A stretch of DNA of 64,000 nt from Octopus vulgaris (GCA_951406725.2 OX597826.1:72850001-72914000), one strand, 5' to 3'. Counted from the first letter of the stretch, positions 12,576 to 25,647 are shown. The notes: a model not told the origin generated them from the sequence alone. Translations and numbers: made by a program.

Positions 12576-13624
12576 CAGAGGTTGGACAAAATAATGGAAA
12601 CACCTTAAAATTTCAAACAAATTTATTTTAATATGGGGTAGGACCGCCTTTGGCAGTAATTACAGCTTGAATTCTATGAGGTATGGAATTTTGTCCATTC
12701 TTCAGCTAAAACAATCTCCAGTTCTTGTAGTGATGATGGTGGAGGATAGTGACTCCTTGTTTTTCTAATATGCACCATAAATATTCAATAATATTGAGAT
12801 CTGGGGACTGTGGTAACCAGACAAGATGTTCAACTTCACTAGAATGTTCCCTGTGCCATTAGTCGTGTGAATTGGTGCATTATCATCCTAAAAGATTGTG
12901 TTTCCCTCCAGAAATAGTTCTGCAACTATACAATGAATTTGATCAGACAAAATGCTTAAATAGTCCTGATTATTAATTCTGCCATGAAGGGAAACCATTG
13001 GGCTCTAGGGGCCAATTCTGTAGATTTTTACTCCATTCTAAATGCTTTGCAACGTTTGTTTTTGAAAGTAGTGGTTTTCTGATTGCAACCCTCCAGTGAA
13101 ATCTGGCTTTGTGCAGCTCCTGGCAAACAGTTTTTGTGGAAACTGGGTTCTTAAGGTGGTCATTAAGCTCTGCAGTAATTATGGGAGCTGTACTTTTGTG
13201 ATCCTTTCTAATAATTCACCTGATAGTTTGACGGTCCCTATCTGAAAGTTTTGGGTTTCTTCCGGAGTTTTGTTTCGATGAGGAGGTTTTTCCCTCTTTC
13301 TCAAAGGCTGTTATTACTTTTGAGACAGTACTTCTTGATACACCAAACATTTTGGCTGTTTTTGTATGCTAGCACCTGCCATAAGAGCACCAACAAGTTG
13401 ACTTCTTTTGAAAGTCTGATAGATCTGTCATTTTAATGAATTTTAATTACCTTTTTCTGATGATATCTGAAAAGAAACAGCAATTTTAGCAAAAAGATTT
13501 TAAGCAACACTAATAATAAACCAAGAAACATAAAAATAAACAAGCTTTTGACGGTTTCATAGATATTTCAAAATTATGATGCTATGATTCTAGGTGTTTC
13601 CATTATTTTGACGTCCAACCCCTG
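12576..13624 (-). mobile_element. Internally deleted Tc1-like (DD34E) DNA transposon
   Basis: TIRs CAG(A/G)GGTTGGAC..AAAATAATGGAAACACCT at both ends, with TA at the right flank. Minus-strand transposase remnants IF*DDNAPIH (about 12870-12897) and WLPQSPDLNIIE (about 12785-12820). Confidence 0.85.
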
Positions 13625-13709
13625 TATATAAAATAAAAGAAAGAAAATGCACACACTTTATGTAGTTTTGATATAATTTTAAATATATTTTATATTGTGT
13701 TTGTCTACC

Positions 13710-14020
13710 GGTTTCACTTTCGCTAATCATGCAAACCTGATAATGAGTTATTTTGAATTCACCTTATATGAAGTGTCACTGCAAAAATATGGTTATCCAT
13801 TTCACCATTATATTAGAGAAAACTTGAAAAGATACCTGGATGACTATTATAGAGAGAATTACTTGGGACCTTCGCCTCCAAGACCTCAGAACAACACTAA
13901 CTGAAAGACAATATCCACCCTCACTTATAGACGATGGAATTAAGTGCGCCAAAAAACTAGACATAAAAACACTAAGGACAACAAAACATAACACCACACC
14001 TCATCTTAACCCTAGAAACA
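13710..14020 (+). mobile_element. Penelope-like element reverse transcriptase/thumb fragment
   Basis: ANLIMSYFE...KRYLDD (RT motifs up to the YxDD), then after a deletion RLQDLRTTLTERQYPPSLIDDGIKCAK, the typical PLE thumb region. Confidence 0.7.
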
Positions 14021-14674
14021 AGCTGTGGCCAGACACTAAGAAAAAAAAAAACTCAAAGATAATTCTGAAAATGAATAATATATTATTCATTTTCATAACC
14101 ATTCATATACTCATAACCATTAGTTTGACAAATTTGGTAAAAAAAAAATGTTGGACTAACGATTATGGTTTAAATATTATCACCAAGTATACAAACATAT
14201 ATATTAAATATTATCACCAAGTGTACAAACATAGATATTGGCAGGAGGTTGTGCTAATGTATGACAGCCTTTTGTTTGGTTTTTGGTGGGGCCCTCATGA
14301 ACAGGTACTGAGGTGCAATGTAACATGTAAAAGTTAACAATGGTAAGGTTGGTTTCAATAGTATTCTTGTGCCCAAGGTAGCTAAGGGTGTGAATTAGGT
14401 CCTTCCTAAGCCCAAGAAAAGGCTATACCCATTCGCACCTCTAGAGATGGCTAAAGCATCATCTCTGTATAGACCAAAAAGGACTGATGGCAACCTCTTT
14501 ATTAAGGTGTCCAGTATATACTATCCTTTGAAGTCACAGATATCAGTGCTGTCAAAGTTTCCCACTGCCACATCGAAAGAGCCTACCAGGTCAGTTTGTT
14601 GACCCAGGCCAAACCTTTATTGAACAGTAGCATTCTCCTAGCATGCATAATTATGTCCATGTTTCTATTGCTAA

Positions 14675-14925
14675 TCATCATCATCATCGTTTAATGTCCG
14701 CTTTCCATGCTAGCAAGGGTTGGACGATTTTGACTGAGGGCTGGCAAACCAGACGGCCGCACCAGGCTCCAATCTTGATCTGGCAGAGATTCTACAGCTG
14801 GATGCCCTTACTAACGCCAACCACTCCGAGAGTGTAGTGGGTGCTTTTTACGTGCCACCGGCACGGGGGCCAGTCAGGCGGTACTGGCAATGACCTTGTT
14901 CGAATCGTTTTACACATGCCACCGG
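14675..14925 (-). mobile_element. RTE-type 3' tail element (family D, ends in (GAT)n)
   Basis: Reverse complement of the tail at 20200-20405. Further copies lie at about 15680-15870, 23700-24058, 29440-29590, 39963-40140, 42752-42910, 46690-46865 and 51378-51662. Confidence 0.8.
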
Positions 14926-16237
14926 TTAATGTTAACAGAATTTCTATTCATACAGATAGGCAGACAGATTGTTGACTAGTATATTACTGGTTAAACTAAA
15001 TAACTGGTCAGAATGTTACTGTGAGTGTGTGTGTGTTTATCTTTATTTTAATTATCAAGATCACTAAAAGAACGATGAAATCAGTTATAAGCTGCATTTG
15101 CTGGTGATTAAAACTTCACATTAAGATTAATCTGGAATAAATCTTTCCTTTTGAACTAAAAGTTTTGTTGATTTCAAAATTGTTTATTTATAAAAAACAA
15201 ACTTTTCAGACAGAAAATGTGTCTGGAAGTCACAGAGGGTGTAATTATAATTAACTCTGTTGATTTGATTTGAAAGTAATTGCTTCCAATGGGATATTTG
15301 TAACATGATGATTGCTATTGAAAGCATCGTTAAATTTCTTGCATCATTGGAATTAATTAATAATCCAGCAGTGTGTTGTAATGAGCCAATGTGTTTTGGT
15401 GAATCGCCAGACATGCTCAGATGGAAAACCTTAGAGATGTACTTGCATGCTTTATTGAATTATTAACCGAGATATTTTTTTGTTTGTCTGTGGCTCTCGT
15501 ATCCCACTGCTTCACCCTGTGTAGGTTTATCTGTGGTGGATGGCAATTAACTGCAAACAATCTGTTGTTATGGAGCTGGTTGCTATCAAGTATAGAAACA
15601 ACAGTTAATTGGCATACTGTCTTTGAATTTAGTTGCATTTAATAGCAAGTTTCCGGTTAATGCTGATTATTACTGATTCATCATCATCATCATTATCGTT
15701 TAACGTCTGCTTTCCATGCTAGCATGGGTTGGACGGTTCGACTGGTTGGATGATTTGAGGGCTGGCAAACTAGATGGCTGCAACAGGCTTTAATCTTGAT
15801 CTGGCAGAGTTTCTACAGCTGGATGTCCTTCCTAATGCCAACCACTCTTTTATGTGGCACCGTTGCCAGTGCGTCTTATGCAGCATCAACACCAGAGTGT
15901 TTTATGTGGCACCAGTGTTCACACCAATGCATTTTCCATGGCACCTTGGTTTTAGGATCTCAGTTCTTTTAAGGTAGGCAGGTCTTCTTGAGTACAGTAA
16001 AGGGCCACATGTATATCTCAGTCCTATTCCTTTATTCTTTTACTTGCTCTTGTCAGTCATTTGACTGCAGCCATGCTGGAGCACCACCACCTTTTAGTCA
16101 AACAAATCGATCCAAGGACTTATTCTTTGTGAGCCTGGTACTTATTCTATTGATATCTTTTGTTGAACTGCTAAGTTTTGGGGATATAAACACACCAACA
16201 TCAGTTGTCAAGTAATGGTGGTAGGACATACAAATAC

Positions 16238-16333
16238 ATTATTATTATTATTATTATTATTAATAGTAGTAATAGTTGCAATAGTAGTTGTAGCAGTAGT
16301 AGTAGTAGTAATAGTAGTAGTAGTAGTAGTTGC

Positions 16334-16375
<42 letters not shown>

Positions 16376-16482
16376 TGCAGTAGTAGTAGTAATAGTTGTA
16401 GTAGTAGTAGTAGTTGCAGTAGTAGTAGTAATAGTTGTAGTAGTAGTAGTAGTTGTAGTAGTAGTAGTAGTAGTAGTAGTAA
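16238..16482. repeat. (ATT)n followed by (AGT)n microsatellite
   Basis: Seen directly. Confidence 0.95.
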
Positions 16483-17399
16483 CATAGACAGAGTGAAGAT
16501 ATAATCTTATATGCAAAAATCTCAAGACGGGGAGATGTGGAGTTACAACTTTATCACCTGTTCTTTGAATAAAATGTTCTACCCTGTCCTTCCAGAAACA
16601 CATTATTGTCCAATATGAGAACCAAGTCAGCCGCATATTCCTGCTTCCAAGAGCAGCAAAGCTTTCATCTTGATGACATGACCCCATTTTCAAGAAGTAG
16701 CATTCTTCGAACAGAGCCTTGGTGAGTACCTTGTTTATTGAGCCATCGAAGAGGTAATAGTTGCAGTTGGACCATGTTTCACTGATAAGGTTTAATAAGA
16801 CTGAAACATACGAGGAGTCTGTCACAGTACTATTAAAGACCACAATATTTACTCCCTTACAATATTACATATTTAATTAATTTTCATTAATTTAAATTTT
16901 GGAGTTGTCTCCCTTGCTTCTTGTTTTACCAGTATTTCTCATTTAGGAAATTATTGTTTTAATTGCAAAGAGAGTAATTTCCTGATTTGCTACATCAAAT
17001 AAGTTAGCATACACTTTACTGTTAAGTTAACATGCAGTAGGTGTCCCTGGTATCATCATCGTTTTACATCAGCTTCCCATGCAGACATGAGTTGGATAGG
17101 TTGTTGGCATGTATTTAAGGGGTACTGTTCACTTAGACTAGGGGTGGGAGAAACCTTTGCCTGCAGGTGCAATTGTGCCTCCAAGTCCATTTTAATTTGC
17201 CTGCAGGATGGTATATTCGTATGTTCAAAATATAGTAAATTTTTCAATTATAAAATTTATACAATATTCGTATGCCTATTTGCGACGTAATTCGCGTTTC
17301 CACTACGACTTAAAACGGTTAAACTCAGACATAAAATCGTCTGGTAATTTGCCATTTGTACGGAAATTTTGTTTTCACTATAAAACATATATTGCTAGG

Positions 17400-17620
17400 T
17401 TTGTATCACCCCCCCCCCCTTTGAGACCCAAGTACACTAAATGAAAAATATAGAATACTTCATGAATAATATAATAATAAATAATAAATGCGCCCTTTTA
17501 AACAGGCTCATGGGTCCGGTTTGTATCACCCCCCCCCCTTTGAGACCCAAGTACACTAAATGAAAAATATAGAATACTTCATGAATAATATAATAATAAA
17601 TAATAAATGCGCCCTTTTAA
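17400..17620. repeat. Local tandem duplication of about 100 bp
   Basis: TTTGTATCACCCCCCCC...AAATGCGCCCTTTTAAA occurs at about 17400-17502 and again at about 17520-17621. Confidence 0.85.
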
Positions 17621-17853
17621 AGCCTAGCCAGGCTCATGAGCCCAGTTTCCCGGTTTCTATGGCATATGTGTACCCTAGCTGGGCAGGACGCCAGTCCATT
17701 GCAGCGTTACTCATTTTTGCCAGCTGAGTGGACTGGAGCAACGTGAAATGAAGTGTTTTGCTCAAGAACACAACGCATCACCCGGTCCAGGAATCGAAAC
17801 CACAATCTTACGATCATGATGCTGACACCCTAACCACTTAGCCATGCGCCTCC
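17600..17853 (-). mobile_element. SINE family E (tRNA head GGAGGCGCATGGCTAAGTGGTTAGGG...GGTTTCGATTCC)
   Basis: A and B boxes in the head. Related copies at about 29996-30240 (+), 32144-32395 (+), 40170-40580 (-) and 47946-48270 (+). Confidence 0.8.
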
Positions 17854-18421
17854 ACCATGAATAATATAAATGTCCTAAATTCAGTGGTGGCATTAATGAA
17901 GATGTTACGCATTGATTTAATGTGTTAAATTTATCTTTATTAATATATATTGAATTATTCATTACAAGATTTACACAGATATAAAAGTTAGCACTTGTGA
18001 TCTGCCTGCAGACCTTTTATTTTGGAAACTTTTACCCACTGCAGTAAAAAAGTTTCCCCACCCCTGACTTAGACAGACTGAAGGACTTTATCCTGCTCAT
18101 GTTTCATTTTTGGTTTGGTTTCTATAGCTGGATACCCTTAACACTAACCACTTTACATACTGTACCGGTTCCACTTTTTTCATGGCACCAGCACTAGGAG
18201 GTGCCATGTCCTTGACAAGACAAAAAATACCTCATAAACTCATATCACTTTCTAACTTCTAATGTGTTTGTGTGTATATATTGGTGCAAGCATAGGTAAA
18301 TGGTTAAGAAGTTCATTTCAGAATCAAGAGGCTTTAGACCAAGGGTTGGCAAACCAGGGTAAATTACCCCAAGTGGGATAAAAATGAAATTCTTGTGGGG
18401 TAATGAGGATTCATTGGACAT

Positions 18422-18653
18422 ACTCTTTTACTTGTTTCAGTCATTTGACTGTGGCCATGCAGGAGCACCGCCTTTAGTCAAGCAAATCGACCCCAGGACT
18501 TATTCTTTGTAAGCCTAGTACTTATTCTATCAGTCTCTTATGCCAAACTGCTAAGTTACGGCGACTTAAACACACCAGCATCAGTTATCAAGCAATGTTG
18601 GGGGGGGGGGACAAACACAGACACACAAACATATACACACACACACACATACT

Positions 18654-18706
<53 letters not shown>

Positions 18707-19125
18707 CCAAAATTTGTGAAGCATGACTGTCACCACTACTACATGAACCTGAAGATTGCAGAATTTAATGCATGAAAGTACTAGTTCAATCAGAATGAAC
18801 ATTTAACATTCTACTATTTTATTTTATTTTATTCTATTATATTATATTATCTTATAATATATCATTATAAGATTGTAAATAAAACGTGAAAATCAGACAA
18901 GGTTGGAATTCCTATTATAATTAATATATATATATATATATATTAATATATATATACATATATACGATGGACTTTTTTCAGTTTCTGTCTACCAAATACA
19001 CTCACAAGGCTTCGGTCAGCCCAAGGCTATAGTAGAAGACACTTGCCTAAGATGCCACGCAGTGAGACTGAACCTGGAACCATGTGGTTCGTAAGCACAC
19101 TTACCACACAGCCACTCCTACACCT
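18422..19125 (-). mobile_element. SINE family A copy split at its internal (TA)n by a hammerhead-bearing insertion
   Basis: 3' half at 18422-18660 and 5' half at 18960-19125, with unrelated sequence 18709-18920 between (TA) runs. Confidence 0.8.
18744..18788 (+). ncRNA. Minimal type I hammerhead ribozyme motif
   Basis: TGAAC-CTGAAGA-T-TGCA(GAATTTAA)TGCA-T-GAAA-GTAC-TA-GTTCA. Stem I is 5 bp, the CUGAnGA and GAAA core is intact, loop 3 is the palindrome GUAC, and cleavage is predicted after 18783. Confidence 0.75.
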
Positions 19126-19611
19126 AGGAGTGGCATAAGTAAAATTATGTAAAAAAACGTGTTCCTTGTTATTACAGAAATTTTTCTTCTGGCAACATTG
19201 CATCTGTCCAATGTAATGGACATGGTTAGTAGACATCATATCATTTTGAAGTACAAACAATCTGGTTGCTAAAGCGTTGCCAAGTGACTAAGCAGATACT
19301 ATTTGTCAGTCGTCTATTACCTGCCTTAACCTTGTTTTTTGACACACGTGCTTTTTGCTTTGTTTAAGTAGATTTAAGTAGTTATTCAATCCAACACTTT
19401 AACAAAATCGATTGGACCCCGAAGACTGTATCCAGATTGCTCTGGTGTCAAAATGCCCTGATTTTGAGGTAATTGTAATGAAAATGAAACATCACTTCTC
19501 CAAAACCTGAAGTGAAAAAGTCTTCAGAATAATCTTTTTGTTTCATAATGAGGATATTAATTTATTGTATTGCCTTTATTTTATACTTTTTATATTTATA
19601 ATTTGCATCTA

Positions 19612-19666
<55 letters not shown>

Positions 19667-19667
19667 C

Positions 19668-20405
19668 CGACAGAGTGTTAGTGTCCTGGATATAAGAAAC
19701 ATTGGATGTGGTGTGCAAGAGAGACGTTTGCGCTGGTATGGTCATGTACTATGGATGGATGAGGAGAGATGTTGAAGGTATCCGGAGGAGAGGTAGACCC
19801 AGGATGACATAGGATGAGGTGGTCAAGCATGACCTTCGAATTTTGGGCCTCACAGAGGCAATGACGAAAGACCGAGATCTCTGGAGATAAGCTGTGACTG
19901 CAAAGACCCGACAAATAATGTAAGTTCATGGCTGTTTCCTGCACCAGTTTCACATAGCCCCAGCCCATCCAAAGTACCTTGGATGCAGAACGACCTGCTA
20001 TGCTTACCTTGGATTGTAGGGTGACCTGCTGTGCTCGTGCATCAACATCAAAATAAATATCAAATGGAAATTGTAGTTGTGATACCTGTGCCGGTGGCAC
20101 ATAAAAAGCACCATCCGAACATGGCCGATGCCAGCGCCACCTTGACTGGCTTCTGTGCCGGTGGTACATAAAAAGCACCAACCGATCATGGCCGCTGCCA
20201 GCCTCCCCTGGCACCTGTGCCGGTGGCACGTAAAAAGCACCCACTACACTCACGGAGTGGTTGGCGTTAGGAAGGGCATCCAGCTGTAGAAACACTGCCA
20301 GATCAGACTGGAGCCTGGTGCAGCCTCCTGGCTTCCCACATCTCGGTCAAACCGTCCAACCCATGCTAGCACAGAAAACGGACATTAAACGATGATGATG
20401 ATGAT
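19668..20405 (+). mobile_element. 5'-truncated RTE-clade LINE (end of ORF plus 3' UTR and (GAT)n tail)
   Basis: Remnant GCGVQERRLRWYGHVL.MDE...GRPRMT*DEVVKHDL, typical of the RTE C-terminus, followed by the family D tail. A second such copy lies at about 44752-45270. Confidence 0.8.
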
Positions 20406-21719
20406 GAGAGAGAGAGGAGGGAGAGATACAGAGGACCACATATATTACAACCTTCGTCCCTCTCTCTTCCTTACTCTACCACCACATCTATGCTCTGATC
20501 CTTTTTACTTGTGAGTGTACCCTGGCACTTCATTATCTCTCTCCTCTCTCTCTTTTTCCCCTCACTCCTCCCTCTGGGTGTGTAGCCATGTACCTCTCTA
20601 CAGCAGCAAACCTATTTCTGCCCTCATTCTTGGTCACTCTCTCTCTCTCACTGGGTAATCATGTACCTCATCTATAGCAAGACACCTATTTCTGCCTCCC
20701 TATTTCTCTGCTACCCTCTAACCTTTCATCATCTGATACTGGATCACCTCCTCCAGTGCCCCTTCCATTATAGCAAGGCACCTGTTTCTATCTCTGTGTC
20801 TCTTTGTCACCCTCTAACCTTTCATTCTCAAATGCCCCTGCCCCTCTCATAATTCCTTGTATTGTGAGTTACGTGGGGACCCTGCCAGTACTGGTTCCAC
20901 ATAAAAAGCATCCAGTCCACACTGTAAAATGGTTGGCATTTGGAAAGAGCATCCAGCTGTAAAAATCACGCCAAAATTCACCTTGCCTGTGCTTGTGCCA
21001 CGTAAAAACAAGTCAGTCTACTCTGCAGAGTGGTTGGTGTCACGAAGGGTCATCGAGCTGTAAAACCCCTGCAAAAACAGATACAGTAGTATAGGGTAGT
21101 TTTTCTACCTAACCAGTTCCTGTGAACTGTCCTACCCATCATAAAAGTGGTCTTTCTGTTCATGTGGGGTAGTCATGTATCTACTCTATAGTAAGACACC
21201 TATACTTGGCCCTTCCTCTATTATACCTTAGCCTCTCAACTCCTGGCATAAAATCTCCCCTCTCTCTCAAAAGCTATTCCCCTACTTTGCCGAGGAGGTT
21301 TCTTCCTTTTTCCTGTTCTTTTCTCATCTTACAAGTTACTTGGCAACCTCACTAGTGCCAATGGCACAAAAAAATAAAAAGCACCCAGTTCACCCTGTAA
21401 AGTGGATGGCATTAGGAAAGGCATCTAATTATAGAAACCATACCAAAACTGACACTAGAGCTTGTCACAGCTCTGCACCTTGCCAGACCCCTGCCAAACC
21501 ATCCAACCCATACCAGCATGGAAAACAGACGTTAAATTATGATGATGATAATCGGTCGGAATCTGTGTCTGTTTCCAGTCCTTTTATTCTTATCGATATT
21601 GACTATGCTACTATTATTCTGACACAGTCCATCTAGGATTACATTATCTTATGTATCCTGTTTTATTGTAACAAAACAAAAGTAGATTGTGATTAGGGAC
21701 TAGATAGAATCTCTGTTGT

Positions 21720-22732
21720 TGGCTTGTGGTATTGCTGGTTGTTATTGCAGTGGTGGCGACAGATGGGGTGGTAGTGATGATGGTAGTAGTGTTGGTTGTT
21801 GGAGGGGTGGTGGTGATAGTTGCTGGAGTAGTGGTGGTCGTGGCTGGTGGTGAGCAGTGGCAGAGGTGGAAGTGATGTATGAGGTGGTGGCGGCTGTAAT
21901 GTTGATGGTCATTGAAATATTGGTAGTGGTGGCAGTAGTTGTTATAGTGGTGGTGGTGGTGGTGTTGCTGCTGGTTGTTTTGGGGGTGAATGGTGGTGGA
22001 AGTTGGGGTGGTGGTGGTAGTAATGGTAGTGGTTGGAGGTAAGTACTTTGGTGGTGGGGACACAATGGTTGAGATTGAGGAGGTGATGTCACATGGAAAT
22101 ACCTGTCCAGACACGTGTGCTCATGTGTGTATGCATGTGTGTGTGCGTGTGTATGTGTGCGTGTGTGCGTGTGTGTGTGTGTGTGTGTGTGCATGTGTTT
22201 ATATCTACTTATGTGTGTATATCTGTGTGTGTATATATGCATAAATGTATATGCATGTTTGTGTGTGTGTATTTGTGTTTATGTGTATTTGTGTGTGTGT
22301 AAATGTATGAGAGGAGATGTGTCTATATAATGTGCTTATACATACTTGTGTATATGTATGTATATATATATATATATATGTGTTTTGTATGCTTACATGT
22401 GTGTGTATGTGTGCTTATATCTGCTTATATGTGTACGTCTGTCTGTGTGTGTATGTATGCATATATATATGTGTGTATTTGTGCGTGTATGAATGTATGA
22501 GAGCTGATGTGTTTGTATAATGTGTTTATATGTGTTTAGTGTGTGTGTATGTCTTTTGTATGCTTACGTGTGGGTGTGTGTGTGTGTGTGTCTATGTGTG
22601 TGTGTGTGCTTATATCTGCTTATATGTGTATGTATGCATATGTGTATCTGTGTGCACGTGTGTATGTATATGTGTTTATGTGTATGTGTGTGTATGAGTG
22701 CTGCTATGCCCATATAATGTGCTTATATGTAC

Positions 22733-22763
<31 letters not shown>

Positions 22764-22770
22764 CATGTAT
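21720..22770. repeat. Degenerate (GGT)n tract followed by a long (TG/TA)-rich compound microsatellite
   Basis: Seen directly. Confidence 0.9.
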
Positions 22771-23133
22771 ATCTGTTTGTGGTATAAATGTAGTGAGTTG
22801 ACCTTTCTCTCTGTATGTTGTTGTTAGGTCCCCAAGTCAAAGCTGACAGAGCAAACTTACACTCAAAGCCATTCCACCCATGACCACCCTGTAATTTTAA
22901 AAGTATCTATGACAACATTATCTCATGTGTCCTTTCCTTTTTTTCTAAAACAACCGGTTGCATGATTTGAAGGAGATTTAGGTGTTATTTCTTGCAGGCT
23001 GGGCAACCACTTAGTGGTACACTAGGTTCATACAGCTGGATGCCCTTCCTAACGCCAACCACTCTGAGAGTGTAGGGGTGCTTTTTATGTGCCACGGGCA
23101 CAGGAGCCAGTCAGGGGATACTGGCATTGGTCT

Positions 23134-23165
<32 letters not shown>

Positions 23166-23248
23166 CACACCGTTTCTGTGTCATGTGGCACTATGCATTT
23201 GTGTATCTATAAATGTAGTGTGTGAGTCTTTGTGCATCTATGTCTTCC

Positions 23249-23342
<94 letters not shown>

Positions 23343-23345
23343 TAT

Positions 23346-23580
23346 GGAGGCGCAATGGCCTAGTGGTTAGGGCAGCGGAATCACGGTCGCAGGATCGTGG
23401 TTTCGATTCCCAGAAAGAGTAGTGAAAGAGTACAGCAGGGATCACCACCCCCTGCCGGAGCCTCGTGGAGCTTCTAGGTGTTTTTTGCTCAATAAACACT
23501 CACAACGCCCGGTCTGGGAATTGAAACCGCGATCCTACGACCGCGAATCCGCTGCCCTAACCACTGGGCCATTGCGTCTC

Positions 23581-23583
<3 letters not shown>
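23346..23583. mobile_element. Rearranged family B SINE with two heads in inverted orientation
   Basis: Head on + at 23346-23413, partial copy with head on - at 23414-23583, flanked by (TA)n. Confidence 0.8.
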
Positions 23584-23663
<80 letters not shown>

Positions 23664-24159
23664 TATATGTATGTATGTATGTATGTATGTGCTTGAGAAG
23701 ACCTGTTGAGACAAGTAAAACCAATATCATAGCTGACTGGCTCTTGTACCAATGGCACGTAAAAAGCATCATCCGAACGTGTTCGTTACCAGGCCCGCCT
23801 TATTGGCTCTGGTGCTGGTGGCACGTAAAGCACCAACCAACTGTGACCAATGCCAGTGCCACCTGACTGGCTCCTGTGCCGGTGGCACATAAAAAGCACC
23901 CACTGCACTCTCAGAGTGGTTGGCATTAGGAAGGGCATCCAGCTGTAGAAACTCTACCTGACCAGATTGGAGCCTGGTGCAGCTGCTGGCTCTCCAGAAC
24001 TCAGTCAAACTGTCTAACCCGTGCCAGCATGGGAGACAGACGTTAATCGATGATGACGATGTGTGTGTGTGTGTGTGTATACATATCAAAATGTGACCTA
24101 ATGTGTACCGTTGGCGATTTTTTTTCCTCTGTCTTCCCTTGGATCTTTCCTTCTCCTAT

Positions 24160-24194
24160 GTTTCCGACGAAGAGCTCCTCTCGAAACGTTAAAC
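24160..24194 (+). ncRNA. Variant minimal hammerhead-like motif in a Penelope-like repeat (about 24090-24285)
   Basis: GTTT-CCGACGA-A-GAG(CTCCT)CTC-GAAA-CG-TT-AAAC. Stems I and II pair, but the core is non-canonical (CCGA instead of CUGA, plus an extra A). Confidence 0.45.
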
Positions 24195-24280
24195 TCTCCT
24201 TCTTTCCTGAGCGTCCAATAATACTATATTTGTTCCACGTCCTCGCGTTGTTGTGTTTTTTTGTGCTTTCTAGTTTGGAT

Positions 24281-24324
<44 letters not shown>

Positions 24325-24454
24325 TTCAGTAAAATTTAGATTCAGTTGAATATGGTACTTAAGTTAAAGGCACCAGAATTTGGTATGGTATTATCCAGAT
24401 AATTTGAAATGGGGTGATTACAATCAAAATAAGCAACAAGGATATCCAGAGGTA

Positions 24455-24544
24455 ATGCAGTACGATCGTTTCATGCAACTCCATTTAATTGAATAGTGCA
24501 AATATTACATCAGTTTTAAAATGTAGAGCAATCTTCAGCTGCAT
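24455..24544 (-). ncRNA. Minimal type I hammerhead ribozyme motif with extended stem II
   Basis: Minus strand ATGCAG-CTGAAGA-T-TGCTCTA...TGGAGTTGCA-T-GAAA-CGATCG-TA-CTGCAT: 6-bp stem I, intact core, palindromic CGATCG in stem/loop III, GUA cleavage triplet. Confidence 0.75.
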
Positions 24545-25020
24545 AAAAATATAGAATTTAGTTAAATTCAAAGGATTCATTTGTATAGTTTTCTTATTAT
24601 CCAAAATCACAAAGAGGATTAGTAGATAGACAAAGGACATGTTTCATCAACAACATCGTAGTTGTAACTGTTACAAAAGTTAGGAATTAGTCTTACTTGA
24701 TCATGGGTTGATTTCCATCATGTGGTGTGTGTGTGTGTGTGTGTGTGAATGAGTATGTGTATCTATATCTCTTTGTGTATAATGGCATAATGTATGGACT
24801 TGGTGTGGTCAAATGGCCAGATGAGTGGCACCTGAAATTTATTGTTCTAGACTTTTACACATTTTGTCACACAGATTCAGCTTGAAGACTAGATTAATTG
24901 TACACATGCCTGTGGTATACTCAGCCACATGCATGCATGCAAATACAGGCTACCTATCACTGAAATAGAGATTTGTTTACTAGTGGAAAACAGTACAACA
25001 ACTTATGTTATATAGCATAG

Positions 25021-25647
25021 TATAAGGGATTGCTGAAAAGTTCCTGGCTTTAAGGGTTCTGCAAAAGGCCTGGTTGGAGGCCCTACCTTCTGAGTTCTTT
25101 CACAGGGATTAGAAAAACGAAAGGACTGCTGCAACAAGAGCGTGAATCTCAGAGGGGAATTTGTTGAATAAAATCATAACCAATAGGCATAGGAGTGGCT
25201 GTGTGGTAAGTAACTTGTTTACCAACCACATGGTTCCGGGTTCAGTCCCACTGCGTGGCACCTTGGGCAAGTGTCTTCTACTATAGCCTTGGGCCGACCA
25301 AAACCTTGTGAGTGGATTTGGTAGACGGAAACTGAAAGAAGCCCGTCGTATATATGTATATATATATATATGTGTGTGTGTTTGTGTGTGTCTGTGTTTG
25401 TCCCCCTAGCATTGCTTGACAACCGATGGTGGTGTGTTTATGTCCCCGTTACTTAGTGGTTCGGCAAAAGAGACCGATAGAATAAGTACTGGGCTTACAA
25501 AAGAATAAGTCCCGGGGTTGAGTTGCTCGATTAAAGGCGGTGCTCCAGCATGGGCGCAGTCAAATGACTGAAACAAGTAAAAGAGTAAAGAGATCCTCTT
25601 ATATTTTCTTTTACCGAAAGCCAGGAACTTTCCAGCACCCCGTCATA
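25021..25647. mobile_element. Mariner-type MITE with a nested family A SINE
   Basis: TIR-like ends TGCTGAAAAGTTCCTGGCTTT / AAAGCCAGGAACTTTCCAGCA. An uninterrupted sister copy lies at about 32484-32668. Confidence 0.7.
25186..25590 (+). mobile_element. Full-length SINE family A
   Basis: tRNA-like head (GTGGCTGTGTGGTAAG...GGGTTCAGTCCC), central TA/TG microsatellite, tail ending GAAACAAGTAAAAGAG. Near-identical copies at 36580-36955 (-), 38341-38721 (+) and 50116-50510 (+). Partial copies at about 16030-16215, 27686-27812, 31110-31315, 39620-39780 and 46470-46615. Confidence 0.85.

Noticed and set aside
16778-16822. Hammerhead-like CTGATAA...GAAAC, and CTGAAGA...GAAACGTA at 41980-42022 (-)
   Set aside because: The core or stem I is too degenerate to count.
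16201-16843. Mucin-like poly-Thr ORF of 211 aa
   Set aside because: An (AGT)n microsatellite plus unrelated flank, with no real start context.
19369-19468. Possible extra coding exon of the plus-strand gene (DLSSYSIQHFNKIDW...), and similar candidates at 25859-25899 and 31749-31868
   Set aside because: Splice-like ends are present but the phases do not fit the chain and there is no recognisable homology. They could still be UTR or minor exons.
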